Assembly: GCA_021432655.1 (NCBI GenBank)
Contig: MU271257.1
Location: 52,182-116,181 of the forward strand
Direction of reading: 5' to 3'
DNA: 64,000 nt
From: Atractiella rhizophila
Taxonomy: Eukaryota
In this document: in pieces, positions 12,580 through 24,303 of the stretch
How the letters are laid out: each line of letters starts with the position of its first letter
How positions within the stretch are numbered: the stretch's first letter is position 1
Position numbers and translations under genes: made by a program
The notes under the pieces: model-generated
Seen by the model: the letters and a program-made list of their open reading frames with translations, nothing else
Told to the model about the DNA's origin: nothing
Database searches by the model: none

Positions 12580-13266
12580 CTGTATTCTTCTTTACGTTAG
12601 TTACTTTGATAAAGGGAAAGAAAAAAAGAAAACCTTTGGATCCTTTGAAATTTCGGAGAGTGCTACTAAGCAGGCGACGAGCGTCGAGCGCAAACACCGA
12701 TTTTTTAGATGAGCTGTCTTCTATCCTTGTCCTCAATCGCCCGTTTCCGTATTCGTAAATATTATTGCAAAAACTTGCCTGAATTATCCAGTGAAAATCA
12801 AAGGGATTGAACCTATCCAACTCCTTCTCTTCTTCCCCTTCACACCTTAAAGGTAAGGCACTCATCGGTAAGTCGGACGCAAGTGAAAAAATAGTGTTTG
12901 CCCCCATGGCACTGTGTTCCTGAGGTGTTTTGCTGTACGATCTGCATGTGCATGTCCATGTAGAGCCCAGAGCTCAGATAGAGCATTCCACTGGGCATTT
13001 GACGATCACACTTGTGGTCAGCGCCAGTGCCTGTAGCTGCGATATCCCAGGTATGTCTGGGCAACTGGGCAACCTGTCGGAGCCTGAGGAGGTTATCAAT
13101 AGAAAACAACTACTGTTAGAAATACACTAATATTACAATCAGAGCTACCAAGAATGATAGAAATACAGTTGCACAAAGAAAAGTCGAACGAGGGTCAAAA
13201 TAGCCAAACTAGGCAATTCGGATCCCATCATACGGAGAGCTAGAATGAGAATGGGAGTGAAAATGG

Positions 13267-13425
13267 CTAGATATAAGTTGCAGTAAATATTACAATCAAC
13301 AATACCAATAATAGAAATACAGTGACATGCATAGATGTCGAACGAGAATCGAGTCGATAGGATAGTAGGGAGATGAAGATGATGGAAACGAGGGGGAAGA
13401 GGAGAATTGGCGGAACAGTAGGCAT
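13267..13425 (-). CDS. 52-aa two-TM micropeptide (copy B)
   Basis: Same peptide with an in-frame 3-nt indel (ILLFPLVS). Confidence 0.55.
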   Translation of the reverse strand: MPTVPPILLFPLVSIIFISLLSYRLDSRSTSMHVTVFLLLVLLIVIFTATYI

Positions 13426-13954
13426 CTGTAGTGTTCTTTACGTTAGTTACTTTGATAAAAGGAAAGAAAGAAAGATCCACCTTTGGATCCTTTGAAATTT
13501 CGGAAAGTGCTGCTAAGCAGGCGACTTGCGTCGAGCGCAACACCGATTTTTTAGATGAGCTGTCTTCTATCCTTGTCCTCAATCGCCCGTTTCCGTATTC
13601 GTAAATATTATTGCAAAAACTCACCTGAATTATCCAGTGAAAATCAAAGGGATTGAACCTATCCAACTCCTCTTCTTCCTCTCCACACCTTAAAGGTAAG
13701 GCACCTCATCGGTAAGTCGGACGCAAGTGAAAAAATAATGTTTGCCCCCATGGCACTGTGTTCCTCAGGTGTTTTGCTGTACGATCTGCATGTCCATGTA
13801 GAGCCCAGAGCTCAGATAGAGCATTCCACTGGGTATTTGACGATCACACTTGTGGTCAGCGCCAGTGCCTGTAGCTGCGATATCCCAGGTAATGTCTGGG
13901 CAACTGGGCAACCTGTTGGAGCCTGAGGAGGTTATCAATAGAAAACAACTAGTG

Positions 13955-14410
13955 TTAGAAATACACTAATATTACAATCAGAGCTACCAAGAATGATATA
14001 AATACAGTTGCACAAAGAAAAGTCGAAAGAGGGTCAAAATAGCCAAACTAGGCAATTCGGATCCCATCATACGGCGGCGGTTTCTCCTTCTTCTGATCCC
14101 CTCTCTCTTCCAAAGCATCACGATCCTCCGCTTCTCCAGTCCCCTGCACAGTCCAGAGTATTCCATCATCCTCTTCCTCTTCCGGCCTCCTCAAATCAAA
14201 CATCACACCTCCCGAACCAGCGGAAGCCTCCTGCGGAACCCGCTCGTAACCCTCCACCTCGTGCGATTGGAATCTCCAGCGGAGTAGGCCGACGAGTAGG
14301 GAGATGAAGATGATGGGACCGAGGAGGAGGAGGAGGATTGTGAATACGGGGTGGGAGGAGGGAGCGATGATACGGTGTCCGTATCCTGAGGAACAGGGAA
14401 CTGCAGGCAT
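13955..14410 (-). CDS. Micropeptide paralogue: 120-aa single-TM PPPY protein (14048-14410), or 69-aa two-TM form if 14048-14293 is spliced
   Basis: CACAG|ATG start; IIFISLL shared with the micropeptides; in-frame FGYFDPLSTFLCATVFISFLVALIVILVYF* after the TAG. Confidence 0.6.
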
Positions 14411-14988
14411 CTGTGATATTACTTTGTTTGAATTAGAGACACGAGATGATCAAACAATCGCACCTTGGGATCGTGGACGAATTGTTCTTTGGATGAGAGG
14501 TTCGAGATTTCGAAGAAGTAAGTGTCCTAGCCTCTATTTATATGAGCTGTGTCGTTTGAAGGTGCTATCCCTGTCCTCAGTCGTCTGTTTCTGTAATGCT
14601 GAGCAGAATGAATAAATTCACCTGAGTTATCCGGCGAAAATCAAAGGGATCAGACCAATCCCAAACCTGTTCTCGCTTCTCTCTCCTCAGCGAGATGAGA
14701 GATGCCAAGATGACAACTGGTTGTTTGCCTGCCAAAATCTGGGGGAGGATATCAATAGCAACGCCGCGTAAAAGCGACAATGCGACCTCATGCGTCTCCC
14801 TGCGCGCCCCCTCAAAAAGCGACGCTCGTTTCAGCTTCTTACAATCCTGCAACGACGAAAGTCACCGAACTGAACGAAGCAGGCATCCGTTCTCTCCTGC
14901 GCTTTGCTACCCAATCCATCCCAGCACCTAGACAGCTACACACCACTTTATCCAGAATCACGCTCATTACATCTCACAGCTAAACAGC

Positions 14989-16779
14989 ATGCTCAACCTC
15001 GCGACCTTCGCTCCACTCGCCCTCCTGCCCCTCGCGCAGGCGGCATACACCACTTACACCCCCGGTTCGCTCCCTGCGACGACCGTTGTATGTATTTTCT
15101 TTGATGGAGCTGAGATGGACGGGTTGCTCATTGCACATGGTGTGGAATTAGCCTGGCCAATTCGGAACTAACGACTGCGACTCATTCGGTGCTAGCAGCC
15201 AGGACTCTCTTTGCCAGGTGAGCTCTTGCAATATTCTTTTCGTTGTGGGCAAGGCAAGAGGAAAAGATTTCCTATGCTGTTTGTGTTGAACAAGACGTGA
15301 AACTGCGTTTCGAGGTGCGCAAGTTGTGCATGTCTAAATTTGAGTTGGACTATATTTGGCTCGTCCGCCCCCATTTCTTCATTTCTTTAGGAGCAAGCAA
15401 CAACCGAGAGTGCTGCATGAACATGAAAGCATGAAAACAATTGCATCTGCAGGAAGAACGGAAAACAACCAGAGCCTCAAGGATGCAAGTTGCCAAGCAA
15501 GCTGCGTCTTGGACTATCCAATCCAAGCGCAATGTTTATCACTAGTTGCGCAATGTGATCGCCTGAAGAAGGAATAGCAAGCACTTTGTCGATGATCATC
15601 TTCGGGTATGGTGACATGAACAAGGCTGATTTGATTTACAGAACCTGTTCCTCAACAGCATTGACGACTTCTGCGTTTATGGCCCTCCTTACAGTGATGG
15701 ATTCAATGCTTCCATCGGATTGGTCGAACGTGAGACCGTCTCGTACTGCACAAAAGCAGGCTACGGTACCCGTACGTATCCTGCCTATGCCATGAAATTG
15801 AGCTTGATGTGTGTTACGATTATGAACAAAGGTTTGATCCCCGATGGCACGCTTACCGCCGTCCACTTTGTCAAGACACCAGACTACGTCCAAATCACCG
15901 CTCTGGGTGACTTCACCAAGATCGGAATCCCAGCTGGTGACCCAGGAGGAGAGTTGGACCCTCACGGTTTCGACCAGCTTGGAAACCCTATGGGTGGACA
16001 GGTCTTCACGTCCGCTTTTGGAAAAGTCGTCCAGACTCACGAGTGGGCTATGTTCATCGGTGCCTCCGCTATGTGCGTCAAGGCTTGTCTTGATGGCACC
16101 GGTGCGAGGCAGCGATGCCCTCACATCTACGGTGCGTCGTCTAGTCTCAGCCCCTTATAAATGTTCCTCATCAACACTGGTGATTGTAGATGAGATGGGT
16201 TGCTCCTGGAACATGCCCGCTTCGTACACTGATAACGTATTCGAGACCTGTGATGGAGACGATGCCGAATTCGCTGGTATCTACGTGGGATCCGATGGCC
16301 TCAACACCACCTTCACCCAAGGTAACGCCTTCACCCCAGATGCCAAGCCCATTCCCTCATCCTCCAACTGCGTCACGACCCAATCCATCCCCACCAACGG
16401 CGCCGCCGCCTTCGTCACTCCCTCTGGCGCTTCCCCGTCCCCCACGACCTCAGCCGTCGAGACCATCGCCACGACCGACTCCGCCGGATCGACCTTCACC
16501 ACCGTCACCGTCCACCCCGCGACGGGTGTCTCTGGTGCTAGTGCGACTGGAGCTGCTGGGCCTGGAAACCTCAGCGGTGGCTCTTCGTCCTCTTCCTCGT
16601 CAGGCGTTTCTTCAAGTTCTGGTGATGGCCCTAGTGACACTGTTGTGGTTGTGGTGACTAGTAGCGGCTCCAGCAGCGGCAGCGCCCAGCAACAGAGCGA
16701 TAATTCCGCCGCCTTCAGACTCCAGGCCGGTTTGGCAGTCCTCTTCTCTGTGGGAATTGGCGCCATCGCCTTCTTCTAA
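14989..16779 (+). CDS. MP88-like secreted, GPI-anchored mannoprotein
   Basis: Signal peptide; LFLNSIDDFC, VSYCTKAGYGTRLIPDG, GGELDPHG..GNPMGG, YDEMGC; Ser/Thr/Gly-rich stalk and hydrophobic C-terminus. Confidence 0.85.
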
Positions 16780-17232
16780 GGCAACACAGCGCCATCCCCA
16801 ATCACCTTCGCAGTCGTTTAGCGGTCGGATTGTTAGTCGTTTTTATTTCGTAGTGGACACTATCCTATACCCTCGAAGCGGCTCGATGAACCGACTCCAT
16901 CCCTCGATCCATCCTTTGTTGGAGAGCATCGCTCCTCCCCTTTCGTTTCTTCATCCCATTGAGCGACACATTTAGGAAATGTTAAGCTCTGTTATTTAGA
17001 TTATCTTCTTGTCAGCTACTCGTTTACCTCCTTCGCGATCTCTCTCGCTTGCAATGCTGTTTGGGTCTATACATAATCGTGGAATGGGTACAAAGCCGAA
17101 TTGTTCATTTTTAAAGAATTCCCAAGAGACACTGGTCATTCAAACTCATTACGCAAAACGATGTGATTGCATTGCAGTATCAACTGGCAACTGATGAACG
17201 AAACGAAACCGACAGGCAAAAATATACGGCTA

Positions 17233-19728
17233 CTAATTCCACGCAAAGCTAGCGTACTCCTTCAAGAGGGTATGCGACCTAACCGTCGCATTATAGTGCA
17301 GAATGTCATTGAAGGTATACGTCTTCTTGTTCTGCAGCTTGTTCAGAGTAGCGAGAATATCAGGCCATATGAAATCGAAGAAGACGATGTCCACAGGCTC
17401 TGTTGTCGGTGGCAGAGCAGTGGCGGCAAAGTCAGGCTGGGGCACGACGGGGATGGGACGGTGTTTGATATCGTCTCCCAGTCCGGGGCAGCTGTCATCA
17501 CCAAGGCGTGAAGGGTCAGCATGGAGTTGAATCATAGAGGAGAAACCGCACGAATCAAATGTCACGTATCCGTCGGTCAAGTCTTTGCTTGAGTCTTCGA
17601 CGTCGGGTAAACGCTCGCTCTGCCAACGGTAATACATGTCCTCCCTCCACTCCTGGAAGATGAGCTGGACGTCCCTCTTCTCTTTCCTTCCGCCTGCGAC
17701 CTCTAATGCCCTTCGCTGACGTCTACGACGCGAAGCACCATCCTCGTTCATTCTGTTCAACATTTGGGTTGCGACGTGAGGATCGACATCGGGAACGAAG
17801 AGGAACTCGTTCTTGAACGGCATGGTGATGTACTACCACTCTTTCTCAGTATCTACTATCCCCACTGAAGAAGGAAGCAAGTTTGGCACACCTGGTCATT
17901 GTTCGTAAATGGGCCAGCATAGATGTCATACCTCACTCCACCGACATTAAATATGATAAGATGTGGTACATCTTTCCGCGTCGGTGAGCTGACTCTGGAA
18001 GGGAATACCTTTCCGACAAGGAGTTGGGTAACCGACCTCTCATCCGATACCGGATACCGATTGAGCCAGTATGCTGCAGTGTACTCCATTAGCCTCCATA
18101 AGATAAGATTAGGAAGAGCCAAAGCAAACCATGAGGTGCTTCTCCGTAGGAGTACGAGATGTTGAATTCCTTCCCCAGCTCCCACAAACCAGCACTCATT
18201 TCTTTCCCAACTTCAGTGTCGAAGTCATCCTCGGTGGTATCAGTGTGATACATATACGAATTACGATTTGCGTCCAAGTACCTCCTCGAGAAAGTGAGGT
18301 TCTTCTCTTCCGGTGCTTCGAATCCAGATACACCTGTCCATTCCGACAAACACGAGTCCTGCATTAGCATGAAGCAGTGGAGGAGCAGTGAATTGGTACG
18401 GACTCATGAATCCCACAGTCTCCATGTACCTCCCACTTGCCAAACTCATTGACCTCCCATCTATCTGCCTGCAGTCCCTCACATGGTGATGCCCACCGAG
18501 GACAAGAACAGGGATGTAAGGATGTCGTTGTCTTATCTTCGATACTACAATTTCCCAATCCGAATCCCTAACGTCCATATGACCCTTTTCGTCCCAATAG
18601 TTGAACTGAGCTTGGGTTTGGCGTCTTGAAAGATGGAGACGAACCGCAAGGATAAACGCATCTGGCTTCTCTTCAATAGCCTCAATGAACCAGGACTCAG
18701 CAACCATGTCCTCAACTGCCTGGACCATCAACCCTTTCCCGTACGTCTCGAATCCAAATAGGACTCCGAAACTTTCCATCCAAGAGGCAAAATCAGTCAC
18801 ACCTTTTCTGGAAGAAGGAGCGAAGCATAAGTGAGAGCTGGTACGCACGCAGTAATCTTCCTCCCCCTGGCTGTCTGGAAGTGGCGCACCCTGTTTCCTC
18901 CAACAGGTGAAGAAACAATTCTTCGCGGGTCGGCAGAGGAGGAGCCAAAGGTGATGTTTGCGTTTGACGCGAGATAAGTTTCTGGATTCGGGAGAGAGGG
19001 GACGAAGCTATACATTCCAAAGTTTAGCCTAATAGACCTGAACTAGAAGGAAGACCTGTGACGAACGAGGTATGCACGTCGTATGCTACATCGTAGTCAT
19101 ACATCTCATGGTTGCCTATAGCCTTCATTCAATCAAATCAGCCATGACTTGCTGGGCACCTGAAGAAATGAGCGGGGGGAACCGAAAATGCACCAAGATG
19201 TCATAACCCATTTTAGTCCAGTATTCAGTCAACAATCTGTGACCGCGAATGATGGGATCCGCATCCCCCAATCCATTACCATCGTGCATATCGCCGCTAT
19301 CGACTAGCAGAAGGTCCACTCCTTTATCTTCTGCTAAAAGCTTCATGTGTTGGACAAAGGAGTAGTAGTCCCCAAAATCACCTGCGCACACAAACAGTGA
19401 GCTTAACATTTGGGTTCAAGTGAATGGCGCACCAGAATAGAGTGGTTCTGGGTAGGTGGAATGCAAGTGGCCTCCCAACCATGAATGTCTGTGCCAAACT
19501 AAGCTCAGAAAGCCTGTGGGTCTTCATGCAGAGTGAGGATGGCCATACGTATCAGTTGTCTATACAGCAGAAGGTCTCAATACAGTTACAACCTGAAGCA
19601 GTCAAACTCACGTGTATTATATTTAGTTCCCCCCATTCCAACGGCCTATAGGGCCACGCTGATGGGTCTGTGGCTGTTGGTTGCTTTGAGGAAGCATAGG
19701 TCGCGAGGAGGAGAGAGAGCAGAAACAT
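17233..19728 (-). CDS. Secreted/vacuolar 5'-nucleotidase-like metallophosphoesterase (YHR202W-like)
   Basis: [50 protein letters not shown]. Confidence 0.85.
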
Positions 19729-20268
19729 TTCTACCCACACCTGAGCTACTGTTCAAAAAATGAAGGTTTGCCTACCTTTTAACACTTCAGAGCTTCAGGT
19801 CCTGCTTTCGTCAAGCAAGCACGCTGACTCTATGCAAGCTTGAACCACACAGATCTACTAGCAGGGTTATGGTTCCGACCGCTTTGCTGCGGATAAACAA
19901 AGGCTTCCCTGAGACATACATACGCGCCGTGCCTAGGATACAACAGCTGAAGCTAGCGGCTCATCATATTGTATTTGATAGTTGGATAGGCGATGGTGTG
20001 GTAAACTGTAAGATACCGAGCCCAGTCGATGCAGCCAGCTTTTTTTACATCTAGATTGTGTTGCCTTACATACCTTCATATATCCCTCGGGCACTGCCTG
20101 CCAAGTCGAAGTCACTGGCGTTTTCATACCTTATGTCTACTTCAATTTGTTGCGCCGTTGGCTCAACATTTGTCTCAATTAAACTTCTGCTAGGCAATAT
20201 TAAAATCTTGCGACAACTTAGAAATCATCCATTGATATAATAAGTGACATGTAATTTGGTAATGATTT

Positions 20269-21174
20269 CTAAACTGAACCATTAGAGTCTCTTTTTCCTT
20301 TGATGGCACGAATATCAAAACATCGTTCAATCCTCCCATCCAGGACAAATTCCATTCTTTCCAGTTTCTCGTAAATGGCATGCGACATTGAAACCCTACC
20401 GTGATAACCTCGGGTTTCGTTCAACGTCCTGGCAAAAAGCCCGCTAAATAGCATCAAAGCTGCATCCGCATTGAACGTTCCATCGACGTTCCTCAGTCCT
20501 TGTAAGAACGCACGATTCACTACTCTTCTGTCCACTTTCCCTGCAGAGTCGACCGGCGAGGGATTTGTGGATCGAAGATTAAAAGTGATTTTCTTCACAA
20601 GAAGAGGGGCGTTCCTCGCTGGACAAGTGAACCCAGGACCCCGACGCAGGAAGCGATTAATGATGGCTAAGAACTCCCACGCGACTGCAGCAGGCCCGCC
20701 GTCTCCTCCCTTGAATAGACTGCCCCAGGGCGAGTCTCCAACGCGGGAATCCCCAACGCATCGAAAGTTCACTTGAACGTGTTGGATTATTGCAGAAGAA
20801 GGAAGCGGCGGCGGGAGAGATAGCCAAGTTAAATAGATTGTTTCGTCGTTGACGACAGCAAGGTCGAGATTGAAGCAAGCAGGTCGAAAGGCCGTAAAAG
20901 ATTTCAACTCCTCGTTTATTTGTTTGCACACCAGTTGAAGTGATACAGTAGTGGAGAAGAGTGGGAGACGAGGATAAAAAACGCAGCCAGAGCGCTCGAA
21001 ACTCTCTCCATCACCACAGGGTGGTAGCATTTCAGGCGATCCGAGGTGGTCAGTTGAGGGATTGCTTGATGATACTGTCGGAAGAAGCAACGCGTTGTCC
21101 AGAAGCTCTGAATAGACCAGGAGACGAACATCCAGGGGAATGGAAAGGAAAAATGGCGACGTTAGGCCTTCCAT
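20269..21174 (-). CDS. F-box-like protein, paralogue 3
   Basis: FLSIPLDVRLLVY, SLQLVCKQINEEL, YLTWLSLPPP, GGDGGPA, NRFLRRGP, MEFVLDG. Confidence 0.75.
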   Translation of the reverse strand: MEGLTSPFFLSIPLDVRLLVYSELLDNALLLPTVSSSNPSTDHLGSPEMLPPCGDGESFERSGCVFYPRLPLFSTTVSLQLVCKQINEELKSFTAFRPACFNLDLAVVNDETIYLTWLSLPPPLPSSAIIQHVQVNFRCVGDSRVGDSPWGSLFKGGDGGPAAVAWEFLAIINRFLRRGPGFTCPARNAPLLVKKITFNLRSTNPSPVDSAGKVDRRVVNRAFLQGLRNVDGTFNADAALMLFSGLFARTLNETRGYHGRVSMSHAIYEKLERMEFVLDGRIERCFDIRAIKGKRDSNGSV

Positions 21175-21910
21175 TGTCTGATGTCCCGTCATTGCAAAGG
21201 TTTGATAGTCGACAGAATGGAAGGCTCACCTTGCAGTGATGTTCAATAATCAAGACTTGATCAGGCCGTAAGCTAGCTTCATGAGGTCAAGTTGATAATC
21301 CTCGGCTGTGCCAGGTACGAGGTCGTAACTTGAAGAAGAGCCGACGGAACCCTTCGATGCCTCAAGATGGATTGAGATCACTGAGAGCAAGAGTCTGTCT
21401 ACAAATTTACTGTAATATTTGATCTGCACCCTGTTTCGCGATCACCTCCCTCAGTAGCGCGGTGCCATTAATGCATTTCATGCCACTTTCATCCTCAAGA
21501 ACTTGCTCAAACCTAGGTTGAGGAGAAATCTATGCACAAAAACGACGGCAATAGGCCCTATATTGTTGTCCTTTCAATCTTTGACCTTTGCCGTCTTGAG
21601 CCAGTGCTTGAGCCATAATGTAGGGGGATTCAAGGGAAGTAAAGTCACGTGCATTATTCCAAACGCGTAACGGTTTTTCTCACGAACAACGATTTAGACA
21701 GATTAAAGGCGCTAAAAGGCGTGCCAACGTCGGCAAGAATGAATACAGGTTCCCTATTTCTCAAGGTGGAGACTGCGCGAGAATGCGCAAGAAGTTCGTA
21801 TAAAAGAAAGGGGAGGGTCATTCGAGAACCTTGTCCGTTTTTTTCTGCTCTTTCTTATCATCGTAGCTCCCTCAGCACTCCCTCCATTTATCCCTGCTTT
21901 GTTTTGTGAC

Positions 21911-22814
21911 ATGTCTCACTCTCATTCCATGATCAGGATGAGTCTCGCCACCCTCGAAGGTACCATCGGGAAACCCCCCCATATTCGAGTTTCTGACTTC
22001 GAATCTCGAGGGAAGCGAGAGAGACCTCACCCCCTTTCACTGAGGGAAAAAGAAGTGCGTAAAACTCTTTGAACCGAACGTTTGCGAAGGGAAAGAACTG
22101 ATCGGAATGTGACGGAACAGAATTGGGAGTCGCTGGTCAAATGTGGATCGGAGCATCTTGCTGTCGCTCTCGGACAGCAGGATTGGGAGAAAGATGAGGT
22201 GGGGAAGGTTGGGTGTCTGATGGAGGACGTTATGATGGAGAAGGTGGAAAAAGAGCGTGCGGCTCAAGGTTCGTCTCTTCCCGTTCTCTTCCAGAAAGCA
22301 GCGTGACGGGACTGTTCTGCGCCTTCGTTTCTCATAGTGGAAGAGGCGGCAAAGAATTCGCTCGTCGTCCCTGCAGATTCTCGCAACCGGAAATCCTTCG
22401 TAGACGGTATGTACTCCTCATCTCGTACTTTCTTTGGTCGAATATTAAATTGTCGTTGAAACAGCTGCGAAGGCGACCCAGAGGTTGCAGCAGATTGTCC
22501 AGAAGTGGGAAGACAGCGACGAAGACGGTGATTCTGCCACGTCTTCCACAGGCTCGTCCTTAGAATCCTAACGTTCTAATATTGACAATCTGGCAACAGG
22601 TAGCGGAGTTGGTGCTGTGATCGATGACTACTTCGACGAGTGGGTTCGCAAGAACCGACTCTGTTCAGTCTTTTCCGACGACTCCGAGGATGAAACCTGC
22701 CCATCTCCGTGCAGTTCGTCCGGTCGTTGGGAGGTCCTGAACACAAATATCATCAACACCGATCGAAAGCTCGGAGGCTACTTCACCAAGGCCACATCGA
22801 TGTTGAGGAGATGA
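21911..22814 (+). CDS. Hypothetical protein, 5 exons
   Basis: Four GT-AG introns splice into one frame (MSHSHSMIRMSL...KATSMLRR*); TATAAAAG at ~21799. Confidence 0.6.
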
Positions 22815-24303
22815 GTTCCATCATCTCACGCTCGCTCACCCTGCCCTCTATCACTTTCTTCATGAACTTTCTTCTCCTTTTGGTCGTCACGAACAGCCTG
22901 GACATTTCTAGATTTATCGCTTCACATTCTTTTACACTTTCCTCTCTTTTAGTCGAGATAGAATGACCCATAGATTGTGTAGGTGATACTCTTTTCCATG
23001 TTGTTGTCGACTCTAGAGCAGATACCCTCCATCCCACTTTTCAAACTGTGAATACCGCTCTCTTTACATTCTCTTTCACCGATCAACCAACTTGGTCCAT
23101 TCCGTTGATGCTTCATAGCGATTTTAGTGATCAGTGATCCGTCTGTCCTTACTACTACTTAGCCCCCTCCCGTAATATTTGCCCATTTTGCTTGGGACCT
23201 TCCGAATGTATATGCAATGCTACGGTGTTCATAAATGATAGCTAGGATCCTGAACGGATGACGAAGTGGTCTATGCGAATTTGTGACAATGTGCTGACCG
23301 GGAAATGTTTGAATTATTGAACATCAGGATCATTATCTGTTTGCAGAAGGGGGAGGGGGCTTCGCCGCACGTTTCCTTGGACGGAGATGCACTGAAGGCT
23401 GATACAGATAATCACTGATGAAAAGCGAGTCCAAAAAAAGCTCACTCGGAATCTAGGAGCACAAAAAACAACACATCGCCGTCTCCACCGTTTCGAAGAG
23501 GCCGTGGTGTCTCCATCCACCCGTGTTGAACATAGGAAGAGAGCACAACACTTCAAAGCCCTGCTTCAAACCAAAGTGTTGTACTACTGTTCAAAAGGAC
23601 CGACCATCCCGAGTCCACGGGCTCTGGATCTCCATGTCAAGTTCAGAGCAACCGCGATTCCGATTCAACTCTTCCCTCCTTGGCGCAGACCAACGCCTGA
23701 GGCTTTTCAAAACTTTGGTACTTCAAGAACAACAACGGGATTCAAAATGAGCTGTCATCTGAAAACTTCGTGCAGCCTCGGTTGAGATATACTTGAACCG
23801 GAAGGAGCAATACGTGACTGAACAACTGCAGGAGCGCTCACAAAGAAGAACACCTCAGAACCTTATATGTCTTCTATTTCTTCGAATCCCTGTTATCAAC
23901 AGTTCCACAGTATATTTCACCTCCTTTCCGTAACTGTGCCAGTGTCGGGTATATAGCTGCATTGGGTCGGCCGCAAAACGAAAGACAAAGACGAAAACAG
24001 AAACACGTGGACGGAAGAGTCTTTTTCGGCTCCGTAACAACGACAAAAACGACCATTATTTCTGGGTAGTGCACACCTTTTTGCTCCTGCCGCTCATTTG
24101 GTACTTGATTGGGTGCGTCATCTGGCTTTTCGCATAGTGACATGAATTCACTCTTCGAGTAGGGAATCGGTAATAAGTACGAACACGTTTCTTCGCAGTC
24201 AACGTCGAGGCAGCTGCTGATAAAGGTTTTGTTGGGCTTGTGCAGAGAGGGATAACAAAGGATGTCTTCGATTCCTTCTGCTTCAAATAATAAGGGCTAT
24301 GAG

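Larger units (their letters stand above)
12394..14074. repeat. Head-to-tail duplication: units 12394-13235 and 13237-14074
   Basis: ~840-bp units, highly similar, with several SNPs and indels. Confidence 0.95.

Noticed and set aside
12773..13630. CAG|GCAAGT versus CAG|GTGAGT donor switch between the duplicated copies
   Set aside because: In the 14410 paralogue the equivalent site lies upstream of a TATAAATA box (~14536-14543), so it may not be transcribed.
23000..24300. Short ORFs or ncRNA in long intergenic regions (also 49400-50400 and 61000-61640)
   Set aside because: No spliceable gene, tRNA cloverleaf, riboswitch or snRNA motif recognised.
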